Assembly: GCA_964621395.1 (NCBI GenBank)
Contig: CAZULS010000001.1
Location: 615 to 64,614, forward strand
Direction of reading: 5' to 3'
Length of the DNA: 64,000 nucleotides
Origin: an uncultured Candidatus Saccharibacteria bacterium
Lineage (GTDB): Bacteria > Patescibacteriota > Minisyncoccia > Phycocordibacterales > JACNGX01
This document shows, one piece after another, positions 44,028 to 53,114 of this stretch. The notes under the pieces are model-generated. The model saw only the letters and a program-made list of their open reading frames with translations, had not been told where the DNA came from and made no database searches. Within the stretch, counting starts at the first letter, position 1; each line of letters opens with the position of its first letter. Both the position numbers and the translations under genes were made by a program.

Positions 44028-45323
44028 TTATACCGACTTCCTATACTGAGTAATCGCATCAGCAATGCTCTTCAGCGTTGTCTCAAACACCGCTTCATCC
44101 GGCTCAAGGAGTGTCATACGAAAACCAAGAATATCGGTGTTAAATCCCGAAAGAGGCACCACGCAAATTCCGGTGGAAGCAAGAAGATAATACACAAAAC
44201 GCTTATCGACAGGCACGTCCTTCACCGCTTTTTCGGTGAGCTCTCGCACGGCATCGTTCTCAATCGGGAGTGTCCCGCCCTCCGGCATATCATCAAAGAC
44301 GACTGAATAATAAAAAGAGCTTTCCGCGCGCGGCGCAATCACACCATGGGTGTTTCCCAGAGCCTTATATGCTTGGTCTGCACGATTCGCATATGTCTTC
44401 ACCCGCGCGCGGACGTGGGCTTCGTATCGCTCATCGGAGAAAAGTTTCGGCAACACCCGTTGCGGCAGTGTCGTTGAACACACCTCAAGCATTTTGGCAT
44501 CATGTAGTGTCTTTACATACCTACAAAACGACTCATCGACATCCGCATTATACACCTCAATCCATCCGGCACGCGCACCCGGCCACGGCACCTCTTTTGA
44601 AAGTCCGCGCATGACAATGGCAGGCACGTCGCTACCGACAAGCTCCGCAAGCGCAACAAATTCGCCGTTATATGCCAAGCGGGCATAGGTCTCATCGGCA
44701 ATAAGAAAAAGGTTATGCCGACGAGCAATAGCCACAATTTCTTCAAGGACCCGGCGCGGATATACCATGCCGGTGGGATTATCAGGATTGATAATGAGAA
44801 TACCGGCAACGGCAGGATTGTAGAGTACTTTGTTTTTAATATCCTCCACATCCGGCAGCCAATTACGATGTGGGTCCAGCGTGTAGGTAATATGCGGGGA
44901 TCCTGCATGCGCCGCCTCAGCCGATGAATGCGTCGGATACGCCGGCGACGGACCAATAATACGCGCTCCCCGGTGGAGATACGTATACACAATAGAAATC
45001 GCATCTCCCAAGCCATTGAAGAAAAGAATATCATCAGGAGACAGATCCACGCCCGACTCTCGTTTTCTCTCCTCGGCAATACACTCACGCGCTTCCTTCA
45101 CCCCCTTGGTCGGTGAATAGCCGAAAGAATCATTTTCCTGCACCTCAGACGCAATAATATCCCGAATCCACTCAGGCACCTTCTCGCCCTTGGCAATCGG
45201 ATCACCAATATTTTCCCAGATAATATCCACGCCCAGTTTTTCAATCTTCTCAGCAAAATCAACAATCCCCCGTATTTCATACGAGAGCTCATCAGCACCT
45301 TCATGAACAATTCGCGTTCGCAT
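44028..45323 (-). CDS. PLP-dependent aminotransferase, class I/II (alanine aminotransferase-like)
   Basis: NIGDP...SKEVPWPGARAGW..., the fold-type I aminotransferase pattern. Start uncertain (45323 or 45401). Confidence 0.8.
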   Translation of the reverse strand: MRTRIVHEGADELSYEIRGIVDFAEKIEKLGVDIIWENIGDPIAKGEKVPEWIRDIIASEVQENDSFGYSPTKGVKEARECIAEERKRESGVDLSPDDILFFNGLGDAISIVYTYLHRGARIIGPSPAYPTHSSAEAAHAGSPHITYTLDPHRNWLPDVEDIKNKVLYNPAVAGILIINPDNPTGMVYPRRVLEEIVAIARRHNLFLIADETYARLAYNGEFVALAELVGSDVPAIVMRGLSKEVPWPGARAGWIEVYNADVDESFCRYVKTLHDAKMLEVCSTTLPQRVLPKLFSDERYEAHVRARVKTYANRADQAYKALGNTHGVIAPRAESSFYYSVVFDDMPEGGTLPIENDAVRELTEKAVKDVPVDKRFVYYLLASTGICVVPLSGFNTDILGFRMTLLEPDEAVFETTLKSIADAITQYRKSV

Positions 45324-45501
45324 GGGAGTCAGTATACCAATGCCACACCTCTTCCGCCAGCCCGCGACCAAAGCCCGACGCGCCATCAAACACTCTCTCA
45401 CTTCTCACATCATATTGCGTATGAGGTGTGGCATTGCAGTAAGATAGGAGATTAGTAGGTTAGTAAAAAGGCACGCTATCGCGCGCCTTCATTCATAATT
45501 C

Positions 45502-45780
45502 TTGCTTCTTTATTCTCTTTGTTGGTATACTATGCACATGGACATCATAGAAATCGTCAACAATCCAATTGCCATGCTTTTGCTTATTGCATGGGTACTG
45601 CCGTGGAAAGGGTACGCGCTGTGGCTTGCATCACGACGCAATCAAACCTGGTGGTTTATCGCATTGCTTGTCTTGAATACCGTAGCAATTCTCCCCATCA
45701 TCTACATCTTTCTCGTCGCCCCACGCTACAGTGAAATCGGCGAGGAAGAAAAAGGTATATCTTCAGACGACAAAAGATAG
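45502..45780 (+). CDS. Small two-TM membrane protein (DUF5652-like: PWKGYALWLASRRNQTWWFIALLVLNT)
   Basis: Signature resembles a family common in Patescibacteria. An alternative start at MHMDIIEIV is possible. Confidence 0.55.
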   Translation: MLLYSLCWYTMHMDIIEIVNNPIAMLLLIAWVLPWKGYALWLASRRNQTWWFIALLVLNTVAILPIIYIFLVAPRYSEIGEEEKGISSDDKR

Positions 45781-45864
45781 ACGTACCGTAAAACCCTTGT
45801 ATGATATGAGGGTTTTAAAACAGTGGCATAAATCTATGCAAATTTGTTTTCCGGCGACACGAAC

Positions 45865-45951
45865 TTGACAAAAGATTCAATGTGATATAGTATGCAGTCA
45901 GTCAAATAAATAAGCCATTTCCTAAAAAAATACCTAAAGGAGGTAACCATG
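45865..45951 (+). promoter_or_regulatory. Near-consensus sigma70-type promoter (TTGACA-17-TAGTAT) plus strong SD (AAAGGAGGT) for the 45949 gene
   Basis: TTGACA at 45865-45870, 17-nt spacer, TAGTAT at 45888-45893. AAAGGAGGTAACCATG at the gene start. Confidence 0.5.
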
Positions 45952-46488
45952 TTAGCTCTTTCCGTTCTCAAGGATGTTAAAACGCTTGAAAAACAAATCC
46001 AGGAATACGCCAAAGAGGTCTATGCCCGCATCACCGGATTTCCTTCAGAAGTCCGAAACGACACCAAAAAACGCACGGGAATCTGGGTCCTGGTCGGAGA
46101 ACCGGATTCCAGAAACTTCGTGAAATTCAAGGTTAGCAGACCTTCAGATGCGGCAAATCATTTCTGCTCTGAAAAAGCAGTTCGTTCCAGCGGTCGGGGA
46201 GAAGCTTCCTCAACAAATAGCCGTGATCCTCACAGGTCTCGTTTCAGCGGAAGCATTACCGTGGAAGTTCTCATTTGCCAGAGCGAAAATGAATATATGG
46301 ACTTGCAGTGTTCTATCTCTGGGCTCATGGAGCCAGAAGACACAGCAGGCGCAATTATGATTCTTGCAGAATTGCTCTGCGTCTCTTGTCAAGAAATCTG
46401 CGAAAATGTCCATGACCAAGGAGGAGAACTTCCTGAAGAAATTACTCAAAACGGCCACTATCTTAACGATCTTTTGTTCGCCGTTTAA
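45949..46488 (+). CDS. Hypothetical Cys-containing protein (179 aa) with a strong promoter/SD
   Basis: ORF with CxxxC/CxSCxxxC clusters near the C-terminus. No family recognised. Confidence 0.5.
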   Translation: MLALSVLKDVKTLEKQIQEYAKEVYARITGFPSEVRNDTKKRTGIWVLVGEPDSRNFVKFKVSRPSDAANHFCSEKAVRSSGRGEASSTNSRDPHRSRFSGSITVEVLICQSENEYMDLQCSISGLMEPEDTAGAIMILAELLCVSCQEICENVHDQGGELPEEITQNGHYLNDLLFAV

Positions 46489-46556
46489 GAGATTCCTGGA
46501 CAAAAACAAACCGCACACGTCAGTACACAGAGACGTTATGCGGTTTTTATATTTCT

Positions 46557-47285
46557 TTATTTCCTCAGCCACACCTTTCGTTCTTTTTCAGGAAACTTTT
46601 CGATTGCGTAGCGAAGCGTGGTGCGTGGCATGTGATGAATATGTTTCTTAAGAAATTGCCTCAACACTTTCTCGTCCTGCTTGCCAATTTCACGAAGCAT
46701 CCAGCCAACGGCTTTGTGGAGTAAATCTTCTCTGTCTCCAAGGAGTATTTCGGCAATGGAGAGAGCGTCGGTAAATTTCCCCGCACGAATAAAAGGAAAC
46801 ATGGCGAGCATGGCAATGCGGCGTTCCCACATGTTTTTTGAACGTGCAAAATCATACAAAAAAGCACGTTCCTTTTTCGGACGAGACAACAGATGCGTGC
46901 CCACAATGTGCGGTGTTGTCACATCCACCAAATCCCAATTATTGATTGCCGCGCGATTATCCAGATAAAAATCAAAGATGTCTTGTTTCTTCTGCGCATC
47001 GTTCGTCTTCTGATATTGGCTCACCAATATAAGAAGACCAGCCATGCGCTCCTCATGCCACGTGCTTTTGAGCAGTGTGTGTATATGCGCAAAAGAAAGA
47101 TCAGGGAAATGTTTCGCAGCACCGCGAATCTCCGGCATGGAAAGCCCAAGAAATTGATCCCCTTCCCCATACTGTCCGGGACCGGTTTTGAAAAACCAAG
47201 CGTAGTCCTTTGCTCGCTCCTTACTCCCTAGAGCCCGAATCTCTTTTTGCACCGCTCGTGCTGACATAATGTGCGTATTACTCAC
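46557..47285 (-). CDS. DNA alkylation repair protein (AlkD-like HEAT-repeat glycosylase family)
   Basis: ...DYAWFFKTGPGQYGEGDQFLGLSMP...NNWDLVD..., typical of the DNA_alkylation family. Confidence 0.7.
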   Translation of the reverse strand: MSNTHIMSARAVQKEIRALGSKERAKDYAWFFKTGPGQYGEGDQFLGLSMPEIRGAAKHFPDLSFAHIHTLLKSTWHEERMAGLLILVSQYQKTNDAQKKQDIFDFYLDNRAAINNWDLVDVTTPHIVGTHLLSRPKKERAFLYDFARSKNMWERRIAMLAMFPFIRAGKFTDALSIAEILLGDREDLLHKAVGWMLREIGKQDEKVLRQFLKKHIHHMPRTTLRYAIEKFPEKERKVWLRK

Positions 47286-47877
47286 TGAACAAAACTACAC
47301 AATGCCCCTCTTCTAATGCGTGAATAGGTAAAGAACTATCGCCATATTTTTCAAGATCGCTATATGCTTTATCCCAATCAATAGTACCTCGCGGATCTTC
47401 TGCTCCATAATCTGACTCAAAATGCGCAATAAATTTAATCGGCAGCACACCTAATCCGTCCATACATGTTCGCCAATCACATGTCCAAAAGTGCCTCACA
47501 AGAGCATTTGAACCCGCAGAGCTGGCACCAACAGTTTTCCCTTCAAAAATTGTAGGAATATTAAATTCCTTTAACCAATACTGAAGCAAGTGATCGTCAC
47601 CGCCATGAATGTAAATTGCATCCGCGTCTTTGACTTGCTCCTCAAAATTCTCCGGCATTGTCATCTCAAAAACCGGCTCCACTCCATCCGGAACAAGAGA
47701 CGGTATGCTTTCAATATCTTTTTGATATTTTTCTTCCCAACGTTCTCTTGGTAGGGCAAAGAAACAAAGTAATAACTTCGGACTCTCACCAAACCCCTCG
47801 AGCATCTCAGTAAAAAAACTGTCGGAAAGTTCGGGCTTATTGCGCAAGCCGCCTGAATTGAGCACATATTTCGTCAT
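47278..47877 (-). CDS. Peptidase S51 (dipeptidase E)-like / class I glutamine amidotransferase-like protein
   Basis: IYIHGGDDHLL and GASSAGSNAL (GxSAG nucleophile elbow) motifs. Overlaps the downstream gene by 8 nt. Confidence 0.65.
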   Translation of the reverse strand: MTKYVLNSGGLRNKPELSDSFFTEMLEGFGESPKLLLCFFALPRERWEEKYQKDIESIPSLVPDGVEPVFEMTMPENFEEQVKDADAIYIHGGDDHLLQYWLKEFNIPTIFEGKTVGASSAGSNALVRHFWTCDWRTCMDGLGVLPIKFIAHFESDYGAEDPRGTIDWDKAYSDLEKYGDSSLPIHALEEGHCVVLFSE

Positions 47878-47976
47878 GACCCGATTCTATCATGTTAGAG
47901 AGCTCATCGCATTGTCTTCCTGGAAAACAGTTGCCCCGATACGTATTTCGTTCTATAGTAGTGCATACATAATTAG

Positions 47977-48063
47977 GGAGAGGTGGCAGAGTGGTCGATT
48001 GCACCGGTCTTGAAAACCGGAGTGCGGGAAACCGTACCGAGGGTTCGAATCCCTCCCTCTCCG
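47977..48063 (+). tRNA. tRNA-Ser (anticodon UGA), long variable arm
   Basis: GGAGAGGUGGCAGAGUGGUCGAUUGC-ACCGG-UCUUGAAA-ACCGG-variable arm-GAGGGUUCGAAUCCCUCCCUCUCCG. Confidence 0.85.
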
Positions 48064-48540
48064 CATTTGAAAATCCCGCCCATTTAGGCGGTGATTTTCT
48101 TATGCGGAGAGGAGGAAGCCAACTGCTTGGCTTTCGTGAGGGATTCGAAAAGGTTCTCCCATATTTTTGAGGAGCTTTGCTCCGAAAAAATGGGAAACCT
48201 GCACTGCTCCTGTAAGGAGAGAATCCCTCCCTCTCCGCAGTGAACGAAGTGAATAAGGCGGTGGAGGGATTCGAACCCGTAGGGGGTCGGGGTGAGGAGC
48301 GAATACGTGGAGCTCCGCAAGACCTTTTGAGATATATTGGAGAGCTTTGCTCGAACAATATATCCATAAAGGTGTACTGTTCCTGTAAGGAAGGCGGAAC
48401 GCCCCCGTGGAGGAGGCAACGCGGAACCGTGGGTTCCGCGAGCGCAGTCCAGCCCTACTTTTTCAAAAGTAGGGCTGGACGAGCAGTGAGCATTCCCTCC
48501 CTCTCCGCATAAATAATGAGTCAGGTGCGTGTCCACATCC
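48064..48540. repeat. Array of tRNA-Ser 3'-end fragments (direct and inverted) interleaved with two copies of the conserved ~75-nt module
   Basis: Inverted acceptor + agccaactgcttggct hairpin + inverted T-arm at 48103-48149. Modules at 48155-48228 and 48315-48393. ccctccctctccgca repeats at 48235-48249 and 48499-48513. Confidence 0.7.
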
Positions 48541-48571
48541 CTATTGGTATTTGATATAGTATACTAAACAT

Positions 48572-49057
48572 ATGGAAGAAAACGCTCTCAACGAACCATT
48601 CCAATGGACAGCGCCGGAATATCAGCAAAGAGCTCACACGCCTGATTGGTATTGGGGAGTCGGACTTACCGGTGCCGTGCTTGTTGCTGTCGGCATCATC
48701 ACAAACAATCCCTTCTTCTCAATCTTCATCGTCATTGCTGTTGCTTCCATTTTCTTTTTCCACGTCCGCACGCCGCACATTGTTGATTTCGGCGTCTCAC
48801 GCAAAGGAGTCCGTGTCGACAAGACACTCTACCCCTTCGCTACACTTGAGTCATTTTGGATTAGGGAGAATATTCTTGAAGAGAAAGAGCCGAAGCTCAT
48901 TTTGAAATCAAAAAAGATGGTTATGCCACTCGTCATTATCCCGCTTCCGGAAGGCGTTGATTTCGATGAACTGCAAGACTTCCTCGAACAATTCCTCTCC
49001 GAAGAAGAACACCCCGAGCAGCTCTCCGAGCAGATTATGGATCGGTTGGGATTCTAG
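48572..49057 (+). CDS. Hypothetical two-TM membrane protein
   Basis: TM segments (VGLTGAVLVAVGIITN, FSIFIVIAVASIFFF). Acidic C-terminus. Confidence 0.5.
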   Translation: MEENALNEPFQWTAPEYQQRAHTPDWYWGVGLTGAVLVAVGIITNNPFFSIFIVIAVASIFFFHVRTPHIVDFGVSRKGVRVDKTLYPFATLESFWIRENILEEKEPKLILKSKKMVMPLVIIPLPEGVDFDELQDFLEQFLSEEEHPEQLSEQIMDRLGF

Positions 49058-49145
49058 ATTTAGAAATAAGAAAAACCTAAAGCCCGACAAGCCGGGCTCG
49101 GTCACGGTAGAAATTAGAAAATAGAAAACACCCTTGCGGGCGTTT

Positions 49146-49721
49146 TTACGTTTTCAAAGAAAATCTTTTGTATTCTCGCCATTCTCCTTTTTCGTTTTGA
49201 ATAGCGAGGCAGACATTATCGATTTTAATCTCTCTTTCAAATGTCTTCCCCGAAAGATATTCTTTGGCTTTTTCATATCCATCTTCCGTCAAATCTTTAT
49301 ACGCAACAGTAATGTGAGGACTATAGGGTAGCGGCTGCTGGTACCACACCGCATACGAACTCGCGATGTTTTCTTCAAAAAATGTTGTTATTTCCCCGAG
49401 CCCTCCCAAATTGTATGGCTTGATGTACACAACAAAGGGACTCAATCCGAGCTTCGCACCTTGTGTCCAATCAGACATAAAAGAAAATGTTTGAGTCTCT
49501 ATGTGAAAAACAGGAACATTTTCTAGAAAGGCTTCTATTTCTTCATACAACTTTTCTAATTGTTCACCAGTAACTTCAACGCCCGAACCCACCGTAATAT
49601 GTGGTTCCCATACTTCCCACGCACCTTTTGAGTCGGTGATATCTGTTAATTCTTTCTGAATTTCCACAATTTCTTTGGCAATCTCTTTGGGGAAATACGA
49701 GACAATTGAGAATGTATACAT
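49146..49721 (-). CDS. 2H phosphoesterase superfamily protein (LigT/2'-5' RNA ligase-like)
   Basis: Two H-x-T-x motifs (HITVGSG and HITVAYK). Start trimmed to MYTFSIV, because the upstream ORF extension covers tRNA-derived repeats. Confidence 0.7.
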   Translation of the reverse strand: MYTFSIVSYFPKEIAKEIVEIQKELTDITDSKGAWEVWEPHITVGSGVEVTGEQLEKLYEEIEAFLENVPVFHIETQTFSFMSDWTQGAKLGLSPFVVYIKPYNLGGLGEITTFFEENIASSYAVWYQQPLPYSPHITVAYKDLTEDGYEKAKEYLSGKTFEREIKIDNVCLAIQNEKGEWREYKRFSLKT

Positions 49722-49790
49722 GGACCTATGGTAGCACATGTGTTGATTGGGAGGAATTGCCTCGGAACCACCTAAAGTAAGTCGCTGGAT

Positions 49791-49838
49791 GTCGATTCCT
49801 GACGCAAGGCAAGCAGTTGCCTTGCTCCGAGGGGACAC
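49791..49838. repeat. Inverted tRNA-Arg(GCG) 3'-end duplicate with inserted hairpin (gtcgattcctg-[acgcaaggcaagcagttgccttgct]-ccgaggggacac)
   Basis: Same architecture as 39871-39917 and 48103-48149. The insert is homologous (aaGCAGTTg core). Confidence 0.7.
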
Positions 49839-49878
49839 AGCAAAAAGGGCACCCACAGGTGCTCCTTTCTGCAATGTG

Positions 49879-49950
49879 TCCCCTCGGCAGGAATCGAACC
49901 TACATTACGAGCTCCGCAAGCTCGCGTCCTATCCGTTGAACGACGAGGGG
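49879..49950 (-). tRNA. tRNA-Arg (anticodon GCG)
   Basis: Minus-strand CCCCUCG-UC-GUUC-AACGGAUA-GGAC-G-CGAGC-UUGCGGA-GCUCG-UAAU-GUAGG-UUCGAUU-CCUGC-CGAGGGG-A. The anticodon loop places GCG at positions 34-36. Confidence 0.7.
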
Positions 49951-49989
49951 AAGGTTTGAGAGCGAGCTTTCGCTCGCTCTCAGGGATTA

Positions 49990-50253
49990 TTATTTCGACG
50001 CTTTTGCGAGAGCGGCGGCAAGGCGTGATTTCTTGCGCGCTGCGGTGTTTTTCTTAATCACCCCGCGCTTTGCAGCCTTATCAATCGCCTTGTATGCATC
50101 AGAAAGCTTCGCCTGTGCATCTCTCGAACTGTCTTTCATTGCACTGCGAACGCTCTTCACCGCCTCACGCATGGTGCGACGACGACGATCGTTAAACGTC
50201 TTCTTTGCGGCGGAAACTTTCACCGCCTTCTTTGCTGAACGTGTTATCGGCAT
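49990..50253 (-). CDS. rpsT: 30S ribosomal protein S20
   Basis: MPITRSAKKAVKVSAAKKTFNDRRRRTMREAVKSVR..., Ala/Lys-rich, 87 aa. Confidence 0.9.
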   Translation of the reverse strand: MPITRSAKKAVKVSAAKKTFNDRRRRTMREAVKSVRSAMKDSSRDAQAKLSDAYKAIDKAAKRGVIKKNTAARKKSRLAAALAKASK

Positions 50254-50331
50254 AGTTACGAAACTATATCAGGTTTTACCTCAAAAGGCAAGTGTTTTGT
50301 CCTGCACTGATGGGTGTGATAAAATGCTCGT

Positions 50332-51123
50332 ATGGAAAAAATAATCCTTCAAAATAGAAAAGGTCAAAACATTGTGGGCATTCTTGAAAAGCCAGAGAAT
50401 GGGACAATTATCGGAACTGCCGTTATTGAGCACGGGTACGGTGGTTTCAAAGAACAAAAACATATTCTCGCAATGAGAGATGCTTTCTTGGAAAACGGAT
50501 TTGTCACATTCAATTTTGATGCCACAAATACGTTCGGAGAAAGTGACGGTGATTTCGAGAAGGCAACACTCGGTCTTCACACCGAAGATTTTGAAGATGT
50601 GACCGAGTGGATACAGGAACAAAACTGGTTCACCGGTCCGCTTGCAATAACGGGGCACTCAATGGGGGGGTATGCATGCGCACGGTACGCGGAAACATTT
50701 CCGGAGAAAGTTTCCTTTTGTCTCCCCATCGCTCCGGTAGTATCGGGACAATTATCATGGGATGCTCTTCGAGAATTCAAACCCGAAGAATTCAACGAGT
50801 GGAGAGAGAAAGGAATGCTAGAGGATGAAAGTAGATCAAAACCAGGTGCCATCAAAAGGAAGCCGTGGAGTCACATGGAGGAACGACTTGGTCATGACCT
50901 GCTCCCTGATGCGCACAAACTCACAATGCCTCTTTTCCTTTTTGTGGGGACAGAAGACACGGCAATACCCCCTAAACATGTCCGGCTCTTATTTGACACC
51001 ATCCCTGAAGGAAACAAAACTCTTGTTGTTGCAGACGGAGCGCCCCATACATACAAAACAGAAAAAGATATCAGCTTTCTAAGAAATGAAATAGATAAGT
51101 GGTTGAAAAAACACGTTGACTGA
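50332..51123 (+). CDS. Alpha/beta-hydrolase fold protein
   Basis: GHSMGG nucleophile elbow, plus downstream Asp/His candidates. Confidence 0.8.
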   Translation: MEKIILQNRKGQNIVGILEKPENGTIIGTAVIEHGYGGFKEQKHILAMRDAFLENGFVTFNFDATNTFGESDGDFEKATLGLHTEDFEDVTEWIQEQNWFTGPLAITGHSMGGYACARYAETFPEKVSFCLPIAPVVSGQLSWDALREFKPEEFNEWREKGMLEDESRSKPGAIKRKPWSHMEERLGHDLLPDAHKLTMPLFLFVGTEDTAIPPKHVRLLFDTIPEGNKTLVVADGAPHTYKTEKDISFLRNEIDKWLKKHVD

Positions 51124-51204
51124 AAAGCATGCGGCAGCGGAGCTGCCGCATGCTTTTTTCTTCTATTTCATATTCCATATTTCGTATTTCATCACTTTCG
51201 CGGT

Positions 51205-51756
51205 ATGATTAGACCAATGATCGAGCCGTTTATTGCCGCACATCCCATTCTCGGACCCGTGAGCTTTATTATTCTCCGTGCACTGATTGTGCTTGTCCCC
51301 TTCTTCCCCGGAGTCCTCGCTGACATTCCGGCACTGAAATATTTTGGCTGGATTGCCGGATTTTTCTACACCGAAATCGGTGTCCTTCTTGGCGCGTCGC
51401 TGGCATTTTTCCTCGCTCGCTACGGCAAGAAAATACTCATTCGCGTATTCCCCATATGCGCGCATGCACACAAGCACTCGAAGTGGACCGAACGTGACCG
51501 TTTTCTTGCAATTCTCATTGCTCGCCTTTCCACTCTTCCTCTCTTTGATTACATTGCCGGCTTCTCCCGCATGTCCTATACCACATTTATTACCGCTTCC
51601 GTTATTGGGAGTATTCCGCCAACATTTCTCTTCTACTATTTCGGTGATAAAGCATTTGATTTCGGACTCTGGTACGGCGTGACATTTATCTCCATTATCA
51701 GTGTTGTGGCTCTTGTGGGAGTTGTTAGAACCGTCCTCACTGAAAACGTGAAATGA
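51205..51756 (+). CDS. TVP38/TMEM64 (VTT-domain, DedA-related) membrane protein
   Basis: VPFFPGVLADIPALKYFGW...FLARYGKK core. 183 aa. Confidence 0.65.
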   Translation: MIRPMIEPFIAAHPILGPVSFIILRALIVLVPFFPGVLADIPALKYFGWIAGFFYTEIGVLLGASLAFFLARYGKKILIRVFPICAHAHKHSKWTERDRFLAILIARLSTLPLFDYIAGFSRMSYTTFITASVIGSIPPTFLFYYFGDKAFDFGLWYGVTFISIISVVALVGVVRTVLTENVK

Positions 51757-51879
51757 GGGAATCATATTCGTCTTTCTCCCAATCGTTCTGCCGCACAGGC
51801 AAAGACAGGGAAATAATTCTGTCATTCCGGCCTCCGAGCCGGAATCTTCGCTGTATTATTTCTTGAGAGCGTTGGGGAA

Positions 51880-52011
51880 GATCCCGCATCACCAGAGCCC
51901 CACTTTCACTAATCTCATTTTTACTCACATACTTTTTGTTCATTCTTCTATCGCCTTTGGTTTTCTTATGTAATCAGTGAAAGTGAAGCTCGGCAGGAGT
52001 GCGGGATGACA
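51880..52011. mobile_element. MITE-like ~130-nt composite element, second full-length copy
   Basis: gatcccgcatcaccagagccccactttcac...cagtgaaagtgaagctcggcaggagtgcgggatgaca. A solo stem-loop lies adjacent at 51820-51846. Confidence 0.65.
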
Positions 52012-52027
52012 AAGAATGGAGTGTGCA

Positions 52028-52079
52028 CCCTGCCAAGGTTAAACCTTTGGATTAATCCAAAGGTTTAACCTTGGCAGGG
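52028..52079. repeat. Perfect 26-bp-arm palindrome of the aaggtttaacctt family
   Basis: ccctgccaaggttaaacctttggatt|aatccaaaggtttaaccttggcaggg. Confidence 0.8.
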
Positions 52080-52167
52080 TTTCAGCTCGTCAAAAGACAA
52101 AAATGATATATAATACAAGAACCAGTCTCACTGAAAACACAGCGCTATAAGTATTATTAAAAAGCTG

Positions 52168-52270
52168 CGTATGGGCTGTTCTCGCACCAAAAATCCGACT
52201 GCGCCTTGACTCTCAACCGCATCGCACGAGAGTGCGCCGCGGTCTCCGAGACATCGGCTCGCTCGAATTT
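52168..52270. repeat. Copy C (reverse orientation) of the ~100-nt structured repeat
   Basis: Reverse complement aligns with copies A/B (cggagaccgcggcgcac-tctc-gtgcgatgcggttgagagtcaag). Confidence 0.65.
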
Positions 52271-52312
52271 TTTGTCCGAGTCCAAGCCGTTTTCAATGAG
52301 ACTGATTCTCAT

Positions 52313-52888
52313 ATGATTGGACATCTCTCAGGCACGGTCATACTAGTCTCACATCAATTTCTTATTCTTGATGTGTCGGGAGTGGGCTACAAGGTATACG
52401 CTTCGCCCGACACGCTCCTCCCCCTCTCAGAAGACAATAGCGCGTCTCTTTTCATTCACACGGCTGTCAGGGAAAACGCGCTTGATTTGTACGGCTTCCC
52501 CACCCACGCCGAGCTCATCTTCTTCGAACTCCTTATCACCATCTCCGGCATTGGACCAAAATCAGCGCTCGGTATTCTTTCGGTCGCTCCCGTGGACACG
52601 CTTAAAAAGGCAATCTCCGCAGGCGATCCTTCATACCTCACGCAAGTCTCCGGCATCGGCAAAAAGAGTGCTGAGAAAATCGTCATTGAGCTTCGCGATA
52701 AACTCTCCGGCGGATTGGTGGAGGAGGGCGTACCCGGCATGATGAAAGAAGAAACAGACGCACTCGAAGCGCTCCAAGCACTTGGCTACACCACAACTGA
52801 AGCTCGCGATGCTCTGAAAGAGGTGCCCGACGACATCACCGGTACCGATATGCGTATCAAAGAAGCTCTTCGCCGCCTCGGCTCATAA
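52313..52888 (+). CDS. ruvA: Holliday junction DNA helicase RuvA
   Basis: MIGHLSGTV... N-terminal OB domain. HhH motifs (ISGIGPKSALGIL, VSGIGKKSAEKIV). C-terminal domain III. Start trimmed to MIGHLSG (52313), because the upstream ORF extension lies over repeat copy C. Confidence 0.85.
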   Translation: MIGHLSGTVILVSHQFLILDVSGVGYKVYASPDTLLPLSEDNSASLFIHTAVRENALDLYGFPTHAELIFFELLITISGIGPKSALGILSVAPVDTLKKAISAGDPSYLTQVSGIGKKSAEKIVIELRDKLSGGLVEEGVPGMMKEETDALEALQALGYTTTEARDALKEVPDDITGTDMRIKEALRRLGS

Positions 52889-53114
52889 TACATTACGAAT
52901 TACGAATATAATACGAATCTACGAATGGGTTATATATCTGCTTCGGGCTTACGATTTTCCCATATCACAATATATTTTCAAGTAGTATCTCTTTGAGACA
53001 TATTCTGAGAGAAACAAAACAACGAAGATTCCGGATCAAGTCCGGAATGACAAAATATTTGCGTATTCGTATATTCGCGGTATTCGTAATTCGTAATTGT
53101 GGTAAGATAGCATC

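Noticed and set aside
44513-45088. 191-aa minus-strand ORF
   Set aside because: Alternative frame embedded in the aminotransferase gene.
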